DNA of 64,000 bases, taken from IMG/VR virus record IMGVR_UViG_3300002175_000051, one strand, 5' to 3'. The notes under the pieces are model-generated. The model worked only from the letters and a program-made list of their open reading frames with translations, was not told the origin of the DNA and did not search any database. The DNA is from an uncultured virus (IMG/VR IMGVR_UViG_3300002175_000051) (taxonomy: Duplodnaviria > Heunggongvirae > Uroviricota > Caudoviricetes). Both the position numbers and the translations under genes were made by a program. Below are positions 10,301 to 18,500 of this stretch, piece after piece (position 1 is the stretch's first letter; each line of letters starts with the position of its first letter).

Positions 10301-12583
10301 GGCGGCGCCGCGCAACACGCTATCGGTCAATTCGTTTGTCTGGACGCCAAGGCGGCTGGCTACCTCCTGTTGCATAAGCCTGTTGGCGTTTACATTGCCG
10401 ATGAAATTTTGGACATAGGCGTCTTCCTGTCTGCGCAGCATCCTTGTGCGGTACAGGTTCGCTTCATACCCTTTTTGATAATCACTTAAGCCTGAAGGCA
10501 TATTGGCTTCAAGCTCGTTTGTGGCGTTTAAAATCTTTTTTATATTTTCCGTTTGGATATCATAAGTCTCGCCAAGGATATTCCTTAAGTGATATAAATT
10601 CTCAAACTGGGCCATTCTTACGTTGCCGGCCTTATTGCTGCCGACGAGGTTTTTTATCCCTTCTTGTGAAACCGCCCTGTTTTTATATAAGGACGAAAGG
10701 TATTCGGACACGCTAATGTCCCTGTTGCTGCTTAATGAAGCCTCCTGGGCGGCCGCACTGGCTTTGCCGTACATTTCGTAATAACGGCGCATTTCGTTAA
10801 AGCCGCCGGAATAGCCGGAACCGGGGGTTTGCGTAAACCCTTCGTACAGCCTGCGCGCACGGTCGGCCTGCCGGACGCCTTGCGTGGCCCGGAGCATATC
10901 GTCCGACACTTCGTTCCTGATATACATCTGGCCGAATTTTTGCAGCGATTCCCTGCCCAGCTCAGACTCGCCCATCGGGAGGGCCGTCTGGTTTAATGCC
11001 CGGTAAATAAAACTCCGGTTGCCGTCCGCGTCTTCGAATATATTTAGGCGCAAAGTTTTGTCGCTGTCGCTGAGCCTGTAATATTCCTTTATTTTTTGTA
11101 CGTCCACGCCGCGGATGTTTGACGCTATATGATCGAGCGACACGTCTACGGAGTTTACAAGCTTCATGGCGCTGCCGCGGCCTATCGTATAACCCCTGTA
11201 AAACTGCGGGTCCGGACGATTGTCCGCATCGACGCCGACGAATGCGTCGAGCAGGCCGGTAGGGACGGCTTTGTCAAAATAATAGGTTCCGCCGACGCGT
11301 AAATCGAATGTTTTGTAATTTTGGTTTATGCGTTCTAATGTAGTGTCGGCTAAGCTTGTGCCGAAAAATTTCATCATGTTGCGGTTAATATCCGCTATAG
11401 CCGAATGGCGTGCGCCAGCGTCCCGTATGCCTACAAACGAGTCTTGTATGATGTCATTCAAGGCGTCAAGGGTCATTGCGCCATGCCCCTGTATCTTGCC
11501 CTGCATGGTAGATATAATGCTCTGGGCATGGTTCGAATCCATATGCCCAAGGCGCACCTGGTTGTTTATGGATTCCCGTGCGACGTTTTGCAGCTCGTTA
11601 ATATAGCCCGTAAGATCCCCTGACCAGCCGGCGCGGATGAAATCCAGCGTGTCCGGGAGCATCTTTGAATCAAAGAAATTTGTTATGCCGGCATTTTCCA
11701 AAAACCTTCTTGCCAACGGCATATCAAAATTACGGACATTATGGCCTGAAATATATGTAGGGCTATGGGGGTCAACGACTTTCCTTAAGAGCTGTTTGAC
11801 ATTTTCAGAATTTTCGTTTTGGATCTCCCCGAGCCAAGCGCTGTTTTTGAGCCCCTGTTCCGCAAGGGTTATCGAAGTCGGGCTGCCGGCTATATTCAAT
11901 TCGCCGATGCCGTAATACTGGGTACCGTTATAGCTCCTGTTTACAAATACCTTATCGGTGTCGCCGGAAAGCATGACAAGCCTGGACATTACATTCCTTT
12001 CAGCAGGGGTAAGGCTGGAGAGGGCCTGTTCCGTATTGGCTAACGTACGCGCTTTGTCTATTATCTTTCTGATTTCATCATATTCGTCCGTTACCCCTAT
12101 AATTTTCCCGTTGAGATCCCGTTTATATTGTTCGATCCCAAGCGCTATATTAATTTCGTCGGTGGCCCGCAGCATCCTGGCAGGCGCCCCAGATCTCCCG
12201 GCATTGTTTTGTACCTGGTATTTAACTATCCCTAATTCAGTGAGTACGCCCTTTTCCGTGGCAAACGTTTCTGTGTCCAAGCCGTAAAAAGTGCCGCCTT
12301 TTTGCAGAACATCCTGGTTAAAGCGGTTGAACGTTTCGTATGTAGAAGCAATATCCACATTGGGGTTGCTTGAATTTTCAATCATCGTAACCATGCCGGG
12401 CGCGACGTTGAAGACATTTGAATTTTCAAAATTGGAGCCATTGGCCTTTAAGACAGCGCTAGTCAAATTTGTTTTCGTCTCATTGTCGGCATAATTAGAA
12501 AGCGCATGGTTAAATGCGCTTGAACTGGATCTTTTAGATTTGTTCCCAATGCCTACGCCGACGCCCGTTGTTATAAGATCCAT
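4337..12583 (-). CDS. 2748-aa virion protein: N-terminal DEDDh exonuclease plus putative single-chain double-psi-beta-barrel RNA polymerase
   Basis: DEDDh motifs GLDTET, GHNVRNFD and HSAIAD. Beta-like two-lysine motif GIKAMLGAEKS at ~7680-7712. Beta'-like RRP at 6173-6181 and DVDGD at 6053-6067. C-terminal hydrophobic helix. Confidence 0.7.
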   Translation of the reverse strand: MDLITTGVGVGIGNKSKRSSSSAFNHALSNYADNETKTNLTSAVLKANGSNFENSNVFNVAPGMVTMIENSSNPNVDIASTYETFNRFNQDVLQKGGTFYGLDTETFATEKGVLTELGIVKYQVQNNAGRSGAPARMLRATDEINIALGIEQYKRDLNGKIIGVTDEYDEIRKIIDKARTLANTEQALSSLTPAERNVMSRLVMLSGDTDKVFVNRSYNGTQYYGIGELNIAGSPTSITLAEQGLKNSAWLGEIQNENSENVKQLLRKVVDPHSPTYISGHNVRNFDMPLARRFLENAGITNFFDSKMLPDTLDFIRAGWSGDLTGYINELQNVARESINNQVRLGHMDSNHAQSIISTMQGKIQGHGAMTLDALNDIIQDSFVGIRDAGARHSAIADINRNMMKFFGTSLADTTLERINQNYKTFDLRVGGTYYFDKAVPTGLLDAFVGVDADNRPDPQFYRGYTIGRGSAMKLVNSVDVSLDHIASNIRGVDVQKIKEYYRLSDSDKTLRLNIFEDADGNRSFIYRALNQTALPMGESELGRESLQKFGQMYIRNEVSDDMLRATQGVRQADRARRLYEGFTQTPGSGYSGGFNEMRRYYEMYGKASAAAQEASLSSNRDISVSEYLSSLYKNRAVSQEGIKNLVGSNKAGNVRMAQFENLYHLRNILGETYDIQTENIKKILNATNELEANMPSGLSDYQKGYEANLYRTRMLRRQEDAYVQNFIGNVNANRLMQQEVASRLGVQTNELTDSVLRGAALGRNQLLGANEGYLWDAETIFIDHGRRGSATNVIGLNLSNIDTAKRSLGVLYSERVRSNKSKQEDYFNFMNLVSNLEKQDVIKTGSFNYNIKFSVYENQTELAKLLMANKDRLSGRLGRRSDFNLNSLSANTYSYSQLFRESMFTQDAYKEINAQLRRAQSFVANAPSASLLDSLPMESRFRPSFNQLGLGIIGEEIKNLTGWQQKHLDELSGVLYGSSGIMRDFKEGAAFTVFKDIDSDDVFLAIGSSKYKNALSNLQITQDISQAGDNVLTYKLPTLVNRTDTFGGFVKRGNMIRQNRSGFNTYVKPSTGELVLAPVDTVMEMISALRRANGEAAKAIQNDIVSQLESGFGLAATHRVNRIANSIISQTSGIDATQFMINNQYVRGTFGHLNELADQVKFMPAAASMIDNLFEIQRQEPNRLTSDARRLIETIEDLFTEGQDGLTRAERADFTRRVWRKSMVYDPVSRRKDLNLASNPNIKVALDRNMFEGQGLFERLLDYHAEISPEGYIREGYEGALKMVRDDNGKLLLSFHNKKQHVDDGIASAAAVTDNYAFAEYNSMKRPVLGQQRLPLLRANIEQVQGESSNIFLNDFLLTKKQVDNQRALSQIVSDFAAKSGLDEATKSLMGRGTGELLTTVMAISDTEIQDAFRKNADIFTDLTREGDLKKLIVEMGIVSDAKNISAELLDQVRKDFGVVSLFNVHEGASIMSQRVADQRLLGMNQHISIELTQKQLDNLTQQDIDNLIGRSVFKGEDIVTSLDAEDMVIRNDRVTGRITGILGNKLQITPYSQRQFRIGSANFTEAMTGKILSEAQLRNLGVDIQEGAFSSLSDFERSKGLIVGGVTDGRVILESIVNTKEEAGIKAMLGAEKSMASVLRSHIQERIAQYHLAPRDAYGNIIEIGLYSSFGELGKHEATSEIITGNLFKAATFEGGAYRSILSDAMDEIYNRGLTGDQRLMERAGTGQSSAFTYFSERPAEFAQATQDVINKVKSDAMAQAVKSGSAEEMRRARNFISYMDDSRVAVLSINQGSNIESLSFEKGLKWTAREEQVFGIITDTELSKAEIGRMNEARMGILNFLQSDQIEDLTLNKNNALKDYQNLQKALLANKEVFTGVKSGVEIDFGNLRDISVETARTTILPPTSSVDMLKYSLFGTDDGLAEITLSRGFRYGGKNIDRVYIPNISKATLGEEVFSKQIETAANRFLGELELYEEGLIPDTQVSRVGAAYDSYMKALTTAYADKDKAREIMRTKRLAQSGRMSYRGIAPDLRLKIAGSEAWITDQSEIADLLRKNAEHNRVDITAIESTNVKLADQINKWMTINKQGQAEIPNLTFVGLKTFEDMGFSKDFLAVEENLRFLEQHGTFGITARRPVIGAKSVQASRILLDRGIEGNTMYSLAMTMKQFAGDVDGDITDIFGVVFEKQGSPDLRDQFRTLVDLQARGNLSAYADVLEGKVKMGLTDPTASAFDVSRLIRETEEGWLKDLPKWRQSEGQTYAQWANEFALYMSDKKILATQVHGTLTPNVGLASIPNYNIRELAISIFGTNTEEGLNKLRFMDTLESIEQNIISTKHVGKSIGPHWGEAYRDAINNLHMGSEAKRQEAFGQVRRILRQIDEKEANLVDGLTDQSRFFMRTLEDIYSPGNRALLNQYFDDAMTRSRKLAYGDTAKMLADAEQLIKQDMGLLPTVSETARRLTLNTIDDVAFRSLDAAGQAMVNFNRDIGILKAKGLLYDNADTGGMLAEFNENLKNAGARAAASKRIITANLDMAKLSNAQRTAFDQADDWQRAFLGSIDSIGRNLRMGDAEEIAKQFEALPKAAAPAARQSALNRAYGSLGMQKRQLADTLDSLPAAKFDSKSLLLAAGAIGVVAFIIGANSTGKGPLIADSPQEQPKSQSLVAGQQGQSSSNITPMGGAFGKTVYMRNNNKVNASVSATSPKQEDSQSKLDTVLQKAGMDGNSNITFVNQRSAINDRWISNKISNII

Positions 12584-12595
12584 ATGATCACCCGT

Positions 12596-15500
12596 CTATG
12601 CAAATAAATTAGCGCGTTTATTCTTTATATACCTTTCTATTTCCCTGTATTGGTCATATTTGAGGTTCATGCTTGTATCGTCCTGGTGCGACGGCAGGGT
12701 GTTGATCGCAATATCCATGTACCCCTCGCGTGAAAGGAGTTCCGTCAGCCGCCGGCGTACGTCGTCCGCCTTGGTCTTATACGAAATATGGGGCATGGGG
12801 ATGTTGGTCTGCGCTGCGGCGTCCTCATCGCCTTGCCAAATATTAAAATCAGACCTGGACAGGGACTCGTCCATCTTGACAAGCTTGATTTTAACGTCCT
12901 CCATATTGACTTGCTCCTGCCATCCTATCCAGTCCTCGCCCGGCAACTGATGCTCCATGAAGTATTTGACCGGGTCCAGCTTGTCCTCTACGGGGAGCCC
13001 CCATAGGGACTCAAGCGGCCGCCTTAGGTAACGGGGCACTAGCTGCAATATTTCGCCGCGCTCTTCTTCCGGCGCGTCTATAAAATGGCTGAAGTATAGT
13101 TTCTCCGTCTTTGGCAGCGCGGCCATTATATTCTCCACGGGGTCGCCGCGGTCATAGCCCTGCATGGTCTGTTCGGACTGCTGGTAATAGGCAAGCGCCC
13201 TCATGGCGTTTTGCGGCAACTGGTCTATCTCGCGGTAATTATTAATTATATCGATTGCCTTGTTCGTATTTCTCGCTGCTTCTTTCTCGGGCTTGGGGAA
13301 AAGGTTCAAAAAGCCGCCCTTCATGGATTCCTTGCCTTCAAGGTAGGCCATTTTGTTTACTTCTTTTTGCCCGCCGAACTTGATCCTTCTCTTGGTTTCC
13401 TTCAATGCGTTTGCCGTTGCTTTGCGTTTTTGCCCTTCCTCCCGGCGCTGGCGTATATATTCGCGAACGTCAAATTGATCCTGCTCTAAAGCCTGATCGG
13501 CATAATAGTTATAAAGCCTTTGCGCTTTGATATATTTAAGCATATCGACGTATTCGTTTATCTCGCGCTCTTTTTGGCGGCGCTCCGGTATCCAGCGCTC
13601 ATTGTTTGCCCTTTGGCGCAGCGCCTTGTTGCCCTGCATGACGGCAACCGCGGAAGCCGACACGATAGCCCCCGCCGCTTTCCCAAGGCTGCCGCGGCCA
13701 AACATTGAGCCTACCCACGCGCCGATGGCTATACCTACCACGGGGTTCCTTACCGCGAGGCTTTCATAGCCGGGGATTAGATAATCTTTTATGGGGTTGT
13801 CCCAAACCTGAAAATCTTTCGAAAACAGATGCCGTCTCTTATAAGACTCCAAAGGCGAACGGACTTGAAGCAGCTTGGTATGGAATATCGTGTCCATATG
13901 GGAAAAGCGCTCCATGGCCGCGCCCATCCGGATCTCGGAAGGCGTGAACCGTGCGTGGACTGACGCCGGGGAATAATCGTCTTCCCGTTCCTTTCCATAT
14001 CCTTCGTCCAAAAGCATTTTATTTACATTGACGCTGCCCCTATAGACGACAGCGGATATAGTTTTATAAGTATCTTTATTCATAACGTTTATAGGGTCGG
14101 GATCATAGCCGATAGTGAGCCTTGCGCCCGCATAAAATATCATGCCCGTCCTTTCCTCGTCTTCTTTCAGCAGGTTGATCCCCGCGAGTTTGACGGGGGT
14201 GTCGCCTAGCTCTTTCGTTAAAAACATATCTGAATCAAGCATTTTGGTTATTGTCACGTCACGCTTAGTTATATTGGCCGTTTTGAATCGGTAGTCATAT
14301 AAACGCAGCGGGTTCTTCTGTTCGCTTACCTGCTTGAGTATCTGCTTGTATTCGGCTTTTTGCTGTTCATCCATTTGGATGCCGGACATTTGGGACTTAT
14401 AAAATTTAAATTCATCGGAATACGGCGCAACGTCCGCAAGTATCTTAAAACGGTCAAAATACGGGTACATGTCGCCGGGCGTTATCTCGCCGGAGTCAAG
14501 TTTCGCTTGTACCCCTGCCCTCGCGTCCTGAAGCTTCGATATTGTTTCGCGGTAGAGCTTAGGGTCGTAGGTAAACCTTACGGTATATTCCCTTTCAGGC
14601 GGCTCCTGTTTAAGCCTGCGGAAGAAGCCAGTTACGGCGCCGGCGTTATCATCAAACAAATATCTCGTAACTTTCTGTGTATCGCGTTTAGTCATGAAAG
14701 TACCGACTTTGTTTAAAAATGTTTCCTCTTGTTTTTCCGCCTCGCCGCGGCGAATCTTATAATGGATATAGCCAACTTTTTCACCCATCTCGTGCAGGTA
14801 CCAATTGACCTGCGCCTTATGCTCGTAAAAGGCCTCGCCCGTCTTTTTGACCTCGTCAAACTTTGCCTGGTTGACCGTCTTAAGGTCCACGACGGCCCTG
14901 CCGGTAGGGGAGCTGTCGTCGAAGACCAAAGCGTCATACCAGCCTTCTATGCGCAGTTTCCTGTCTTCTATATGACCTTCGGTGTTTATCGCTATGCCGC
15001 TCTGTATAAGCTCCTGTTCAAATTTTTCGTGTTCTTTGGTGCCCATTTCCGTTATGCGCAATACGCGTTCCGGCATAACGTCGTCCTCGTTCATTAAGTG
15101 CGCCATTATCTCATCTTTTGTTTTGCCAAGCGAAGACGACCCGATTTGCATAAGCGTAGGGTCCTTAAGGTTATTAATGCGTTCATAGGCAGCCCCTGGC
15201 AGCCTTATCTCGCCCATCTTAATTGTTGTGTTGTGAGTAACAAAACCCATAACGCTGAATGTGTTATCACTATCTACTTCAAATCCATATACATAATCTA
15301 TATCAATTTCTTTTATTGATTTAATGGTACTATAAATGTATTGACTATCTGTCCATGATTCAACATGAGGGATATTATTATTGATATAGTCAAAATTTAT
15401 AAGTTTTTCTTTATAAAGTAATCCTGATAAATTATAATTCCTGAGATGAATAGAGTGTATTGTTACAATATAGCAATCCCTTTGATTATGTTTTTTGTAT

Positions 15501-18500
15501 TGTGCTGGTATACCGCTTTCCATAGAAAGACGATATATATCTTGCGCTAATAATTCATTTGCAGATGACATTATAAGTAATCTATTTTTTTCTATGTAGC
15601 CATCACCAAGGCAATACGCTAAAATAGCTTCTCTCTTTATGTCATTTGGTGCTTCATAAAGAATTTGGGGAACACGTTTATCATATAGATTTCCAGGTAT
15701 TATATAATCAAATATTCGTGCTATTTTTGCGTTATTGATAATAACTTCTGTATTATTGTTTTTTATATCCAATGAGATATTTTGATTAAAGTATTTTTTA
15801 AAATATTCTTCTAATTTTGAAATTATATCATTTTCGGTAGAACCTAAAGAAAACACAAGCCTTACCGGTAAATTGTCTTTCCCTTTTTTCCCTGTAGAAC
15901 CTTCAGAAAGATATAAACCTATCAACCATGCTGTTTCTTTATTAAGTGGCAAATATCCATTTATAAAATTTGGTTTCCATTTGTCTTTTCCATAAATTAA
16001 ATATTCATAATAAATTTCTGTTTGAAAATTAGAGTAAATAGGTATTGGATAGACAACATAATCAGTTTTAGGGTTAATATCTTTTGCTTTTATAAATTCT
16101 ACTTTGTCATGCCATTTTGGGTTACAGTATTTATATGTATCGCAAAAACCATTGATATTTCTAATATGTGGTCTGCATATAGATGAAGAATTAAGAGAAC
16201 ACCTTCCTGTAATTCTTTTGATTAAAATAGGATGATCTTCTGAAAATATGAAATCTATTTTCTTATCTATCCCTGCAACCTCAAATTTATATGCTTTTTC
16301 ATTAGGTAATAATGGTCTTTTCATAATATTAGTAATAGGCATACGATTCCCCTTATGAGTTAATATAATATCGCCTTTTTTTACATCTTTCGCTATTATA
16401 TACCCATGGGTTGTGTCTATCAACGTATCTTCTGAAACACAGTACGGGTCCCCGCGCCGGAAATTATAGAAAGCCCCGTCGCCGGGCAGCCATGCGGGCA
16501 TTTTATTCAGTATTGGGTTATAGGACTGGTCCTCGTACCTTGTTTTTGGTATGAACCTGCGGAACACTTCGGAAAGCTCCCCGCCAAGGCCGCCAAGATC
16601 CCGGCTCCAGAAGCTGTGCTTAAAAGAGCCCAAAGGCGTTGCGGATTCTATTGTCTGGGTTTTGAGGAAAGGGTCCTCGGCCGCCTGGCTTACTATGAAC
16701 CCGTACATGCCATACATATCCGTCCATTGGCGGTATACTTGGCTAAGCGTATGCTGCGCCCCATAAGGGGCCTTTGTCTGTATTAGGTTGTTGGGGTACA
16801 CGGAAATGCTTGTGCCGGTCGGGGCCCCCGGGCCCATTGGCGCTTCCCCGGTTTCCCTTTGTGTTGCCATGGCAGTCTGCCCTTCGGGCGATTGGCCTGA
16901 CACAATCGTGGACATGTTCATGTCCAATCGCCCGGCCATAAAAAAATCCTCTGAAAAAGGATCGCGGAGCCTCATTGCGTCCGGTTTTGTTTTTTCAAGG
17001 GACTTGCTCTTAATCTGCCGGTTCAATTCTTCCAAATCAAATACAGTGCCTGATCCGTATAGCCGCTGACCGCCTGATTTTGTCGTCAGCACGGCATATT
17101 CGCGCCCGCTTCTTGCAGCGCCGGGCTGTATGCCCAGCCTCCCGCCTTTTGCTATAGGCGACGCTACGCCATGCATACCGGCCGGTATGGATCCGGCGCC
17201 TTGCACGAACCCGATTTCAGGCACATATACAATTGGCTCAGGTTTTTGCCCCGCAGAGGACAATTGTCCTGACGTTCGCCCCGCAGGCGACGTTCGCCCA
17301 GCCGGCTGCCCTTCTTCCGCCGCGCCGTAGTTTGGGCCCTGCCAATACTCCAAGTGCATTTTTCTTGCCGGCTTTATTATTTTGCCTACAGTCCCGGCTA
17401 CAATCGGGCCTATGAACGGTATCTCTTCGCCGAAAGTAGATGTCATCATATACGGGCGGTCTTCATAATGCTTGCGTTCATAATGATAGCGGTCAAAAAT
17501 GAAATGGTTGAGCGGTGCAAGGGGGTAACGCGGGGTAGGGAACCAGGCGTTTTTAAAATACTCTTTTTCCGATCCGTATAGCGTGTCCGTATACTGCCAG
17601 TTGGATTTGGTCTCGCGGTACCAGTTGTCGCGCCAGTAGGATATACGCCCGCCCGAAAAGGGGGTGTTCCCGAGCCCCCAGTACCGGCCTTTCCGGATTG
17701 GGTCTTTTCCGTACAAATAATAGTTTTCTTTTTCTTCCCGCGTCTTGGACATATCCAAAAAACCAAGCATAGGAATTTCGGATATCTGCTCAAAACCAGG
17801 CATTAGCTTATTCATTCTTTTCGCCCGTTCGGTCAGGCCAATCCTGTCCTTTAATCCGTGCCAAGCCAGGTTAGTGTTTACGCGGGCGTCGGCTATAACG
17901 TTTTCCGGGCGCTTCCCAAAAAAGTTCTCGGATTCGAAATTTATATAGTCCCAAGCCTTAAGCCCTAAATAAACAGGCAAAAACCGTTTGATCAACAAAT
18001 TTGCGACAATCGACTGGGCAGAGCCAGTGCTTTTTGTGCTGAAGCCGAGCCCAAAAGCGGCGAAAAAATTACTTATGCTTGTTGTCCTTGAATAAAGCTC
18101 TAACCCAATAGTGGTAACGTTATGCAAATTATCCGCGCCAAAATGCTCACCGGCCTGCTTTACCCATCTAATGCCGCTCCTGCGCATAGCGTCGCCAAAA
18201 GCCTTGTCGATGGCCTTTTCGATGCCGCCCCTGCGCCCTGCGGTAAACTGGCCTAAAAGGTCGGGGAGGTCTGCCTCGCGGCGGAACACGTCTAACGGGG
18301 TTACGCTTTTTTTTATGCCAATATAATTGGAAACGGCATAGCCGGGCGCGTTCCTGCCATAATCATAAAAACTGAAAGCCTGGTTTATTGTCCGTTTGCT
18401 TATTTGCTCCGCAAATTTTAAACGGTCCATTATAGGGTCAGTGATAAGGTGCGGCAGCGATGTCATATCGTCCAGCTCAAACCCGGACATCCTGGATTCC

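Noticed and set aside
14750..15150. Cas4 as evidence of a CRISPR system
   Set aside because: It is a domain within a giant protein, lacks the Fe-S cysteines, and has no array or cas1 nearby.
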